This document shows positions 37,064 through 50,977 of a stretch of DNA of 64,000 bases, piece by piece (the stretch's first letter is position 1; each line of letters begins with the position of its first letter). The position numbers were made by a program, and so were the translations under genes. The notes under the pieces were generated by a model. The model had not been told where the DNA came from, did no database searches, and saw only the letters and a list, made by a program, of their open reading frames with translations. The stretch is from Octopus vulgaris (taxonomy: Eukaryota). The stretch covers positions 152,272,001 through 152,336,000 of the forward strand of contig OX597815.1 in NCBI GenBank assembly GCA_951406725.2. The letters run 5' to 3'.

Positions 37064-38723
37064 CTGAAATTCATAATATGAAGTGTTATAATTTATAGTA
37101 AAATTTACCAGCATTCAAATTCACACAAAAAGCTATAATTATTAATCTAAACATTTACCAATTAAGGACTTTCACAGCAACACTGACCAAATGATTTCAC
37201 AGTTATATTTTCTAATGTTTGTTGAGATTTTGTGATTGAGCCTCATACTTTACCAAGACCAACATTGATATTCTAGTAAGTAACACTGTCTTTGATTATT
37301 GGATTCTCAAGATATTTGTAAATCATTAACCATCTCACAAATAAATTTGTCTTAGCTTCAACCATTTAGTCTTGGCATTCTCCACCTCTCTTTCAAGTCA
37401 TTGTTCTTATCCTCATTTTCTTATAATTTCATCCCTGCATCCTCATCATTCTTCCGTTATCACTTAAAATTCTCACATTCTCAACATGCCTTCATGATTG
37501 TAAAAACACATGAAAGAGCAACGAGATATGTATAATATTATGAGATGCAAGACAACCTGACAAGTGCTAGCGCTATGAGAAAATGGCCCCAGTACACACA
37601 TGAACTTACACCTGTGTAGCAGGGTCTGACAGACTGAAACTGTCTTCGATGTTATTGTTAATATAAGAACAACATCAAAAGGAATATCTAATTCCATTCA
37701 TGTCACCAAAGTTACACTACAAATTTTCACTGATGTTAATTAAGACCAACTAATTACAAATGGTCACAGAAATGATTTATATAATATATCTAAATAGTAT
37801 CATAAATATACAGAAATGTTTCACATGTTGTTTCAGGAGACAATAACATCTAGACCTCATTGGACTATAGAAGTCAATAATCCCAGTTTGTAGAGAAGTG
37901 GTTGTGTGCCCACGAAAAACAGTAGAATTACTTACACAGAAGGTAATAAGGTTTAAATCTGTTGGGTGAGAGTACAAGATGATGCTATGAGAAAATAGGG
38001 TTCAATTTCAGACATACAAATGTAAATCAGTTAATAAATAATATCTCATTCATTACCATGTTAACAGGTTTCATACGTAATACAAAAAAGCACTGTCTGT
38101 CATTGCAATAAAAGATATCTATACAAATTGTATATAACCTGACTAGAAAGTAAGTGACTTTCATTACAGAGAATGTGATTATGTCCCAGCACAGATCTCT
38201 ATTGCAGAATTTCCTCCCCCTCCTCCTCATCCTTTAACACCACAACCGCCATCACCACCACCACCGCCAGCACCACCACCAGGACCAGCACCACCTCGAC
38301 CACCACCACCACAACCACCACCACCACCATCACCATCACCATCATCATCATCGTTGTTTAATATCTGCTTTCCACGCTGAGGTGTGACTGAGGGCTGGGA
38401 AGCCTAAAGGCTGCACCTGGTTCCAATCTGATCTCATATGTGTGCATATATATGCAAACATACATATACATGGACACGTATATGTGCATATATATATACA
38501 TACATACATACACATTCATAGATATAGCACAGTGAAATTATTAACTCACATTACAAAATGTATGTACCTTATGTAAGACATGTATGAATTTTGAATGAAA
38601 TCAGTCGGGTAGTTCTTCAGTTTTGGTGTCGCACACATACAGACAGACTGACAAGCATTTACATGCACACATACATGCTAACTCAGTTATACACATACAT
38701 ATATGTATATATATGTATATAGA

Positions 38724-39537
38724 CTAATAGCAGTATTGCCCGGCTCGTGTGCTCTTGTGTTCTAAGCACGCGCGAATTAAGCTAAACTTGGATGAAGTTC
38801 AATCAAAATTCAATTATTGTGGTTTTAAAATCAAGCATTCTATACCCTTATGTGTTCTATCTCCTCAATAGGAAGTATGTAGAAGCGTTTCATAAATTTT
38901 TGTTGATCAAATAATTGCATTGTTGAATTATTCTTTCAGATCAGTATTTCTCAATGGGGATTTCAGGGTAGAGTTTCAGGAGCTGCTGGTGATGTATCGT
39001 AGTGATCAAAAATCCGGCCTGCTAAAATTTGGTTAAAGTGATTCAAACTGCAGACTCAATGCAAAATGGTTACATTTAATTCAAAGCATTAAAAACGTTA
39101 TGTAAACAATTGGTATGTGTTCACATAGTCCAAATGATATATACGAAAAAACCCTTCGGGCTATATCCCGAAAGGTCATTTCTTTGCCAAATTTCTATTA
39201 TGTTTATGGCGATTCGTTTGTATATCTTGATTTTTTATTTTTCATGCAAATTATGCATGCTTGCACGCGTGGTGAACACAGATCACGTCAAAAAGCTGAC
39301 TGATTAAAGTTCACTATTCAACGCATGGGATAAGGCCTAAACAAACACATTATCGATTTTTGCAATTGCCAGATGAATTTGGAACAGAAATATCGCAGTT
39401 CAATTTACATTCACCTAAACTTTAAGTGACCCATTTTTGCAGGTTCTACGATCTGTTGGCTAGGAGGAGATGTGCCAGGAAGTTAAACCCACAGACACAC
39501 ACACAGACAAACAAGTTGAGTTTCATATATATATAGA
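38724..39537 (-). mobile_element. Non-autonomous Helitron (family B), amplified with the array
   Basis: Minus strand A|TCTATATATATATGAAAC..(TG)n ... GCCGGGCAATACTGCTATTAG|T. Further copies at 41883-42695, 45032-45843, 48796-49050 (partial), 49527-50335, 52686-53498 and 56239-57028. Absent at the paralogous site ~36430. Confidence 0.7.
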
Positions 39538-40113
39538 TAATACATATTCTAATCTGAGACATTCTCGGAAGATACTCCGGCAAGAGATCATATCTCATAT
39601 CAAACATCAGACTACCTTAAAAATGTGACATCTTCATCAGATGATAAATCAAGAAGAACTTCTGGATAACGATTTTGGAACCAAATGAAATTATCTCTAA
39701 CAAATTTTACCAGTTGAAAACATTTTCATTTGTGATTTGTTATTGAATATCTTACATTAGAAAGCTAAAAATGAGGTTCTTATAAGTAATTTTGACTTTT
39801 ATTATCAGATTCACAAGATGTTAATACATCATTAATCATCACTGTTGGTTCACAACTGATGGTCATTCAGTCTTATCATTCTCCACCTCTCTTTCAAATC
39901 ACCATTTGTATCCTCATTTTGTAACAACTTTCACTCCCTGCATCCTCAGTATTCTTCTGTCAACACTTCTCAACGTGTCCCCTTGAATGATAAAACACAT
40001 CATAAGAGCAGTAAGAACTGTCAAATTTTATGGGATGCAAGAAAAACTGACCAATGCTAGTGCTCAAAGGAAAACTTATAGAAATGAATTTGGTACTTCA
40101 GTTTTATACTCAC

Positions 40114-40179
40114 CATTTGACGGTGATGTTCTTTGATGGGTTGTGCCCGGCTGTTCGTATCTAGGCGGCAATTCTCTGA
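40114..40179 (-). CDS. Candidate 66-nt phase-1 exon RELPPRYEQPGTTHQRTSPSN
   Basis: Canonical splice sites; contains PPRY and YEQP in the phase-1 frame. Confidence 0.45.
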
Positions 40180-43100
40180 CTGAAATTCATAATATGAAGT
40201 GTTATAATTAATAGTAAAATTTACCAGCATTCAAATTCACACAAAAAGCTATAATTATTAATCTAAACATTTACCAATTAAGGACTTTCACAGCAACACT
40301 GACCAAATGATTTCACAGTTATATTTTCTAATGTTTGTTGAGATTTTGTGATTGAGCCTCATACTTTACCAAGACCAACATTGATGTTCTAGTAAGTAAC
40401 ACTGTCTATGATTATTGGATTCTCAAGATATTTGTAAATCATTAACCATCTCACAAATAAATTTGTCTTAGCTTCAACCATTTAGTCTTGGCATTCTCCA
40501 CCTCTCTTTCAAGTCATTGTTCTTATCCTCATTTTCTTATAATTTCAGTCCCTGCATCCTCATCATTCTTCCGTTATCACTTAAACTTCTCACATTCTGA
40601 ACATGCCTTCATGATTGTAAAAACACATGAAAGAGCAACGAGATATGTATAATATTATGAGATGCAAGACAACCTGACTAGTGCTAGCGCTATGAGAAAA
40701 TGGCCCCAGTACACACATGAACTTATACCTGTGTAGCAGGGTCTGACAGACAGAAACTGTCTTCGATGTTATTGTTAATATAAGAACAACATCAAAAGGA
40801 ATATCTAATTCCATTCATGTCACCAAAGTTACACTACAAATTTTCACTGATGTTAATTAAGACCAACTAATTACAAATGGTCACAGAAATGATTTATATA
40901 ATATATCTAAATAGTATCATAAATATACAGAAATGTTTCACATGTTGTTTCAGGAGACAATAACATCTAGACCTCATTGGACTATAGAAGTCAATAATCC
41001 CAGTTTGTAGAGAAGTGGTTGTGTGCCCACGAAAGACAGTAGAATTACTTACACAGAAGGTAATAAGGTTTAAATCTGTTGGGTGAGAGTACAAGATGAT
41101 GCTATGAGAAAATAGGGTTCAATTTCAGACATACAAATGTAAATCAGTTAATAAATAATATCTCATTCATTACCATGTTAACAGGTTTCATATGTAATAC
41201 AAAAAAACTCTGTCTGTCATTGCAATAAAAGATATCTATACAAATTGTATATAATCTGACTAGAAAAAAGTGACTTTCATTACAGAGAATGTGATTATGT
41301 CCCAGCACAAATCTCTATTGCAGAATTTCCTCCTCCTCCTCCTCATCCTTTAACCCCACAACCGCCATCACCACCACCATCGCCGCCGCCGCCGCTGCCG
41401 CTGTCGCAGCCGCCACCACCACCACCGCCAGCACCACCACCAGGACCAGGACTAGCACCACCTCCAGCACCACCACCACAACAACCACCACCATCACCAT
41501 CATCATCATCACCATCATCATCATCGTTGTTTAATATCTGCTTTCCATGCTGAGGTGTGACTGAGGGCTGGGAAGCCTAAAGGCCGCACCAGGTTCCAAT
41601 CTGATCTCATATGTGTGCATATATATGCAAACATACATATACATGGACACGTATATGTGCATATATATTTACATACATATACATTCATAGATATATCACA
41701 GTGAAATTATTGACTCACATTACAAAATGTATGTACCTTATGTAAGACATGTATGAAATTTGAATGAAATCAGTCGGGTAGTTCTTGACTTTTAGTGCCG
41801 CACACATACAGACAGACTGACAAGCATTTACATGCACACATACATGCATTCTCAGTTATACACATACATATATGTATATAGACTAATAGCAGTATTGCCC
41901 GGCTCGTGTGCTCTTGTGTTCTATGCACGCGCGAATTAAGCTAAACTTGGATGAAGTTCAATCAAAATTCAATTATTTTGGTTTTAAAATGAAGCATTTT
42001 ATACCCTTATGTTTTCTATTTCCTCAATTGGAAGTACGTAGAAGCATTTCATAAATTTTTGTTGATCAAATAATTGCATTGTTGAATTATTCTTTTAGAT
42101 CAGTATTTCTCAACGGGGATTTCAGGGTAGAGATCCAGGAGCTGCTGGCGATGTATCGTGATGATCAAAAATCCAGCCTGCTAAAATTTGGTTAAAGGGA
42201 TTCAAACTGCAGACTCAATGCAAAATGGTTACATTTAATTCAAAGCATTAAAAATGTTATGAAAACAATTGGCATGTGTTCACATAGTCCAAATGATTTA
42301 TATGGAAAAACCCTCCAGGCTATATCCCGAAAAGTCATTTTTTTGCCGAATTTCAATTATGTTTATGGCGATTCGTCTTTATATCTTGATTTTTTATTTT
42401 TCATGCAATTTACGCATGCTTGCACGCGTGGTGAACACAGATCACATCAAAAAGCTGACTGATTAAAGTTCACTATTCAACGCATGGGATAAGGCCTAAA
42501 CAAACACATTATCGATTTTTGCAATTGCCAGATGAATTTGGAATAGAAATAGCGCAGTTCAATTTTTATTCACCTAAACTTTATGTGACCCATTTTTGGT
42601 GGTTCTACATCTGTTGGCTAGGAGGAGATGTGCCAGGAAGTTAAACCCACAGACACATACACAGACAAACAAGTTGAGTTTCATATATATATAGATAATA
42701 CATATTCTAATCTGAGACATTCTGGGAAGATACTCCGGCAAGAGATCATATCTCATATCAAACATCAGACTACCTTAAAAATGTGACATCTTCATACGAT
42801 GATAAATCAACAAGAACTTCTGGATAACGATTCTGGAACCAAATGAAATTGTCTCTAATAAATTTTACCAGTTGAAAAATGTTTTTATTTGCAATTTGTT
42901 ATTGAATCTCCTACATTAGAAAGCTGAAAATGTGGTTCTTATAAGTAATTTTGACTTTAATTATCAGATTCACAAGATGTTAATACATCATTAATCATCA
43001 CTGTTGGTTGACAACTGATGGTCATTCAGTCTTATCATTCTCCACCTCTCCTTCAAATCACCATTTGTATCCTCATTTTCTCACAACTTTCACTCCCTGC

Positions 43101-43272
43101 ATCCTCAGTATTCTTCTGTCAACACTTCTCAACGTTTCCCCTTGAATGATAAAACACATCATAAGAGCAGTAAGAACTGTCAAATTTTATGGGATGCAAG
43201 AAAAACTGACCAATGCTAGTGCTCAAAGGAAAACTTATAGAAACGAATTTGGTACTTCAGTTTTATACTCAC

Positions 43273-43337
43273 CATTTGACGGTGATGTTCTTTGACGGGT
43301 TGTGCCCGGCTGTTCTTTTTAGGCGGCAATTCTATGA
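43273..43337 (-). pseudogene. 65-nt frameshifted copy of the cassette exon
   Basis: Splice sites intact, 1-nt deletion. Confidence 0.4.
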
Positions 43338-46300
43338 CTGAAATTCATAATATGAAGTGTTATAATCTATAGTAAAATTTACCAGCATTCAAATTCACAC
43401 AAAATGCTATAATTAATAATCTAAATATTTACCAATTAAGGACTTTCACAGCAACACTGACCAAATGATTTCACAGTTATATTTTCTAATGTTTGTTGAG
43501 ATTTTGTGATTGAGCCTCATACTTTACCAAGACCAACATTGATATTCTAGTAAGTAACACTGTCTTTGATTATTGGATTCTCAAGATATTTGTAAATCAT
43601 TAACCATCTCACAAATAAATTTGTCTTAGCTTCAACCATTTAGTCTTGGCATTCTCCACCTCTCTTTCAAGTCATTGTTCTTATTCTCATTTTCTTATAA
43701 TTTCAGTCCCTGCATCCTCATCATTCTCCGTTATCATTTAAACTTCTCACATTCTCAACATGCCTTCATGATTGTAAAAACACATGAAAGAGCAACGAGA
43801 TATGTATAATATTATGAGATGCAAGACAACCTGACCAGTGCTGGCGCTATGAGAAAATGGCCCCAGTACACACATGAACTTACACCTGTGTAGCAGGGTC
43901 TGACAGACAGAAACTGTCTTCGATGTTATTGTTAATATAAGAACAACATCAAAAGGAATATCTAATTCCATTCATGTCACCAAAGTTACACTACAAATTT
44001 TCACTGATGTTAATTAAGACCAACTAATTACAAATGGTCACAGAAATGATTTATATAATATATCTAAATAGTATCATAAATATACAGAAATGTTTCACAT
44101 GTTGTTTCAGGAGACAATAACATCTAGACCTCATTGGACTATAGATGTCAATAATCTCAGTTTGTAGAGAAGTGGTTGTGTGCCCACGAAAAACAGTAGA
44201 ATTACTTACACAGAAGGTAATAAGGTTTAAATCTGTTGGGTGAGAGTACAAGATGATGCTATGAGAAAATAGGGTTCAATTTCAGACATACAAATGTAAA
44301 TCAGTTAATAAATAATATCTGATTCATTACCATGTTAACAGGTTTCATACGTAATACAAAAAAACACTGTCTGTCATTGCAATAAAAGATATCTATACAA
44401 ATTGTATATAATATGACTAGAAAATAAGTGACTTTTATTACAGAGAATATGATTATGTCCCAGCACAGATCTCTATTGCAGAATTTCCTCCCCCTCCTCC
44501 TCATCCTTTAACACCACAACCGCCATCACCACCACCACCGCCGCCGGCCGCCGCCACCACCGCACCCGCCAGCACCACCACCGCACCCGCCAGCACCACC
44601 ACCAGGACCAGCACCACCTCCACCGCCACCAGCACAACCACCACCACCATCACCATCATCATCATCGTTGTTTAATATCTGCTTTCCACGCTGAGGTGTG
44701 ACTGAGGGCTGGGAAGCCTAAAGGCTGCACCAGGTTCCAATCTGATCTATATGTATGCATATATATGCAACATACATATACATGCACACGTATATGTGCA
44801 TATATATTTACATACATATACATCCATAGATATATCACAGTGAAATTATTAACTCACATTACAAAATGTATGTACCTTATGTAAGACATGTATGAAATAT
44901 GAATGAAATCAGTCGGGTAGTTCTTGACTTTTAGTGCCGCACACATACAGACAGACTGACAAGCATTTACATGCACACATACATGCATTCTCAGTTATAC
45001 ACATACATATATGTATATATATGTATATAGACTAATAGCAGTATTGCCCGGCTCGTGTGCTCTTGTGTTGTATGCACGCGTGAATTAAGCTAAACTTAGA
45101 TGAAGTTCAATCAAAATTCAATTATTTTGGTTTTAAAATGAAGCATTGTATACCCTTATGTTTTCTATTTCCTCAATTGGAAGTACGTAGAAGCATTTCA
45201 TAAATTTTTGTTGATCAAATAATTGCATTGTTGAATTATTCTTTTAGATCAGTATTTCTCAACGGGGATTTCAGGGTAGAGATCCAGGAGCTGCTGGCGA
45301 TGTATCGTGATGATCAAAAATCCAGCCTGCTAAAATTTGGTTAAAGGATTCAAACTGCAGACTCAATGCAAAATGGTTACATTTAATTCAAAGCATTAAA
45401 AATGTTATGAAAACAATTGGCATGTGTTCACATAGTCCAAATGATTTATATGGAAAAACCCTCCAGGCTATATCCCGAAAAGTCATTTCTTTGCCGAATT
45501 TCAATTATGTTTATGGCGATTCGTCTTTATATCTTGATTTTTTATTTTTCATGCAATTTACGCATGCTTGCACGCGTGGTGAACACAGATCACATCAAAA
45601 AGCTGACTGATTAAAGTTCACTATTCAACGCATGGGATAAGGCCTAAACAAACACATTATCGATTTTTGCAATTGCCAGATGAATTTGGAATAAAAATAG
45701 CGCAGTTCAATTTTTATTCACCTAAACTTTATGTGACCCATTTTTGGTGGTTCTACATCTGTTGGCTAGGAGGAGATGTGCCAGGAAGTTAAACCCACAG
45801 ACAAACACACAGACAAACAAGTTGAGTTTCATATATATATAGATAATACATATTCTAATCTGAGACATTCTGGGAAGATACTCCGGCAAGAGATCATATC
45901 TCATATCAAACATCAGACTACCTTAAAAATGTGACATCTTCATAAGATGATAAATCAACAAGAACTTCTGGATAACGATTTTGGAACCAAATGAAATTGT
46001 CTCTAATAAATTTTACCAGTTGAAAACGTTTTTATTTGCGATTTGTTATTGAATCTCCTACATTAGAAAGCTGAAAATGAGGTTCTTATAAGTAATTTTG
46101 ACTTTAATTATCAGATTCACAAGATGTTAATACATCATTAATCATCACTGTTGGTTCACAACTGATGGTCATTCAGTCTTATCATTCTCCACCTCTCCTT
46201 CAAATCACCATTTGTATCCTCATTTTCTCACAACTTTCACTCCCTGCATCCTCAGTATTCTTCTGTCAACACTTCTCAACGTGTCCCCTTGAATGATAAA

Positions 46301-46419
46301 ACACATCATAAGAGCAGTAAGAACTGTCAAATTTTATGGGATGCAAGAAAAACTGACCAATGCTAGTGCTCAAAGGAAAACTTATAGAAATGAATTTGGT
46401 ACTTCAGTTTTATACTCAC

Positions 46420-46484
46420 CATTTGACGGTGATGTTCTTTGACGGGTTGTGCCCGGCTGTTCATTTTAGGCGGCAATTCTATGA
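46420..46484 (-). pseudogene. 65-nt frameshifted copy of the cassette exon
   Basis: Same-length deletion as 43273-43337. Confidence 0.4.
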
Positions 46485-49400
46485 CTGAAATTCATAATAT
46501 GAAGTGTTATAATTTATAGTAAAATTTACCAGCATTCAAATTCACACAAAATGCTATAATTATTAATCTAAACATTTACCAATTAAGGACTTTCACAGCA
46601 ACACTGACCAAATGATTTCACAGTTATATTTTCTAATGTTTGTTGAGATTTTGTGATTGAGCCTCATACTTTACCAAGACCAACATTGATATTCTAGTAA
46701 GTAACACTGTCTTTGATTATTGGATTCTCAAGATATTTGTAAATCATTAACCATCTCACAAATAAATTTGTCTTAGCTTCAACCATTTAGTCTTGGCATT
46801 CTCCACCTCTCTTTCAAGTCATTGTTCTTATCCTCATTTTCTTATAATTTCAGTCCATGCATCCTCATCATTCTCCGTTATCATTTAAACTTCTCACATT
46901 CTCAACATGCCTTCATGATTGTAAAAACACATGAAAGAGCAACGAGATATGTATAATATTATGAGATGCAAGACAACCTGACCAGTGCTAGCGCTATGAG
47001 AAAATGGCCCCAGTACACACATGAACTTACACCTGTGTAGCAGGGTCTGACAGACAGAAACTGTCTTCGATGTTATTGTTAATATAAGAACAACATCAAA
47101 AGGAATATCTAATTCCATTCATGTCACCAAAGTTACACTACAAATTTTCACTGATGTTAATTAAGACCAACTAATTACAAATGGTCACAGAAATGATTTA
47201 TATAATATATCTAAATAGTATCATAAATATACAGAAATGTTTCACATGTTGTTTCAGGAGACAATAACATCTAGACCTCATTGGACTATAGAAGTCAATA
47301 ATCCCAGTTTGTAGAGAAGTGGTTGTGTGCCCACGAAAAACAGTAGAATTACTTACACAGAAGGTAATAAGGTTTAAATCTGTTGGGTGAGAGTACAAGA
47401 TGATGCTATGAGAAAATAGGGTTCAATTTCAGACATACAAATGTAAATCAGTTAATAAATAATATCTGATTCATTACCATGTTAACAGGTTTCATACGTA
47501 ATACAAAAAAACACTGTCTGTCATTGCAATAAAAGATATCTATACAAATTGTATATAATATGACTAGAAAATAAGTGACTTTCATTACAGAGAATATGAT
47601 TATGTCCCAGCACAGATCTCTATTGCAGAATTTCCTCCCCCTCCTCCTCATCCTTTAACACCACAACCGCCATCACCACCACACGCCGCCGCCGCCACCA
47701 CGCCGCGCCAGCACCACCACCACCACCGCCAGCACCACCACCAGGACCAGCACCACCTCCACCCCACACACACCACAACCACCACCACCACCAAACCATC
47801 ATCATCATCGTTGTTTAATATCTGCTTTCCACGCTGAGGTGTGACTGAGGGCTGGGAAGCCTAAAGGCTGCACCAGGTTCCAATCTGATCTCATATGTGT
47901 GCATATATATGCAAACATACATATACATGCACACGTATATGTGCATATATATTTACATACATATACATCCATAGATATATCACAGTGAAATTATTAACTC
48001 ACATTACAAAATGTATGTACCTTATGTAAGACATGTATGAAATATGAATGAAATCAGTCGGGTAGTTCTTGAGTGAGAAAATAGGGTTCAATTTCAGACA
48101 TACAAATGTAAATCAGTTAATAAATAATATCTCATTCATTACCATGTTAACAGGTGTCATACGTAATACAAAAAAACACTGTCTGTCATTGCAATAAAAG
48201 ATATCTATACAAATTGTATATAATCTGACTAGAAAATAAGTGACTTTCATTACAGAGAATATGATTATGTCCCAGCACAGATCTCTATTGCAGAAATTCC
48301 TCCCCCTCCTCCTCATCCTTTAACCCCACAACCGCCATCACCACCACCACCACCAGCACCACCACCAGGACCAGCACCACCTGCACCACCACCACCACAA
48401 CCACAACCACCATCACCATCATCATCATCGTTGTTTAATATCTGCTTTCCACGCTGAGGTGTGACTGAGGGCTGGGAAGCCCAAAGGCTGCACCTGGTTC
48501 CAATCTGATCTCATATGTGTGCATATATATGCAAACATACATATACATGGACACGTATATGTGCATATATATTTACATACATATACATTCATAGATATAG
48601 CACAGTGAAATTATTAACTCAATTACAAAATGTATGTACCTTATGTAAGACAGGTATGAAATTTGAATGAAATCAGTCGGGTAGTTCTTGAGTTTTAGTG
48701 TCGCACACATACAGACAGACTGACAAGCATTTACATGCACACATACATGCATTCTCAGTTATACACATACATATATGTATATATATGTATATAGACGAAT
48801 AGCAGTATTGCCCGGCTCGTGTGCTCTTGTGTTCTAAGCACGCATGAATTAAGCTAAACTTAGATGAAGTTCAATCAAAATTCAATTATTGTGGTTTTAA
48901 AATCAAGCATTTTATACCCTTATGTGTTCTATTTCCTCAATAGGAAGTATGTAGAAGCGTTTCATAAATTTTTGTTGATCAAATAATTGCATTGTTGAAT
49001 TATTCTTTTAGAACAGTATTTCTCAACGGGGATTTCAGGGTAGAGATCCAGAGATCCACAACCGCCATCACCAACACCACCGCCAGCACCACCACCAGGA
49101 CCAGCACCACCTCCACCACCACCACCACAACCACAACCACCATCACCATCATCATCATCGTTGTTTAATATCTGCTTTCCATTCTGAGGTGTGACTGAGG
49201 GCTGGGAAGCCCAAAGGCTGCACCTGGTTCCAATCTGATCTCATATGTGTGCATATATATGCAAACATACATATACATGGACACGTATATGTGCATATAT
49301 ATATACATACATATACATTCATAGATATAGCACAGTGAAATTATTAACTCACATTACAAAATGTATGTACCTTATGTAAGACATGTATGAAATTTGAATG

Positions 49401-50911
49401 AAATCAGTCGGGTAGTTCTTCAGTTTTGGTGTCGCACACATACAGACAGACTGACAAGCATTTACACGCACACATACATGCTAACTCAGTTATACACATA
49501 CATATATGTATATATATGTATATAGACTAAGTATTGCCCGGCTCGTGTGCTCTTGTGTTCTATGCACGCGCGAATTAAGCTAAACTTGGATGAAGTTCAA
49601 TCAAAATTCAATTATTGTGGTTTTAAAATCAAGCATTCTATACCCTTATGTGTTCTATCTCCTCAATAGGAAGTATGTAGAAGCGTTTCATAAATTTTTG
49701 TTGATCAAATAATTGCATTGTTGAATTATTCTTTTCGATCAGTATTTCTCAATGGGGATTTCAGGGTAGAGTTTCAGTAGCTGCTGGCGATGTATCGTAG
49801 TGATCAAAAATCCGGCCTGCTAAAATTTGGTTAAAGTGATTCAAACTGCAGACTCAATGCAAAATGGTTACATTTAATTCAAAGCATTAAAAACGTTATG
49901 TAAACAATTGGTATGTGTTCATATAGTCCAAATGATTTATACGAAAAAACCCTCCAGGCTATATCCCGAAAAGTCATTTCTTTGCCGAATTTCTATTATG
50001 TTTATGGCGATTCATTTGTATATTTTGATTTTTTATTTTTCATGCAAATTATGCATGCTTGCACGCGTGGTGAACACAGATCACGTCAAAAAGCTGACTG
50101 ATTAAAGTTCACTATTCAACGCATGGGATAAGGCCTAAACAAACACATTATCGAATTTTGCAATTGCCAGATGAATTTGGAACAGAAATATCGCAGTTCA
50201 ATTTACATTCGCCTAAACTTTAAGTGACCCATTTTTGGTGGTTCTACGTTCTGTTGGCTAGGAGGAGATGTGCCAGGAAGTTAAACCCACAGACACACAC
50301 ACAGACAAACAAGTTGAGTTTCATATATATATAGATAATACATATTCTAATCTGAGACATTCTCGGAAGATACTCCGGCAAGAGATCATATCTCATATCA
50401 AACATGAGACTACCTTAAAAATGTGACATCTTCATAAGATGATAAATCAAGAAGAACTTCTGGATAACGATTTTGGAACCAAATGAAATTGTTTCTAACA
50501 AATTTTACCAGTTGAAAACATTTTCATTTGTGATTTGTTATTGAATATCTTACATTAGAAAGCTGAAAATGAGGTTCTTATAAGTAATTTTGACTTTAAT
50601 TATCAGATTCATGAGATGTTAATACATCATTAATCATCACTGTTGGTTCACAACTGATGGTCATTCAGTCTTATCATTCTCCACCTCTCTTTCAAATCAC
50701 CATTTGTATCCTCATTTTGTAACAACTCTCACTCCCTGCATCCTCAGTATTCTTCTGTCAACACTTCTCAACGTGTCCCCTTGAATGATAAAACACATCA
50801 TAAGAGCAGTAAGAACTGTCAAATTTTATGGAATGCAAGAAAAACTGACCAATGCGAGTGCTCAAAGGAAAACTTATAGAAATGAATTTGGTACTTCAGT
50901 TTTATACTCAC

Positions 50912-50977
50912 CATTTGACGGTGATGTTCTTTGATGGGTTGTGCCCGGCTGTTCATATCTAGGCGGCAATTCTCTGA
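50912..50977 (-). CDS. Candidate 66-nt phase-1 exon RELPPRYEQPGTTHQRTSPSN
   Basis: Canonical splice sites. Differs from 40114-40179 by a TAC/TAT change, synonymous in the phase-1 frame. Confidence 0.45.

Noticed and set aside
37473-38230. Recurrent short ORFs (MELDIPF.., MYSHPT.., MRRRGR..) in each array unit
   Set aside because: Recurrence follows from recent duplication. No recognisable domain, and the possible plus-strand exon near 37836-37940 has a stop in the copies I translated.
38215-38352. Poly-His/Val/Ala-like ORFs in the CAC/CGC/CAT tracts of each unit
   Set aside because: Compound microsatellite grown from an RTE (GAT)n tail; frame is not conserved between units.
39660-39700. WFQNR peptide on the minus strand suggesting a homeodomain
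   Set aside because: No other homeodomain residues; the paralog at 57.16 kb reads CLQNR.
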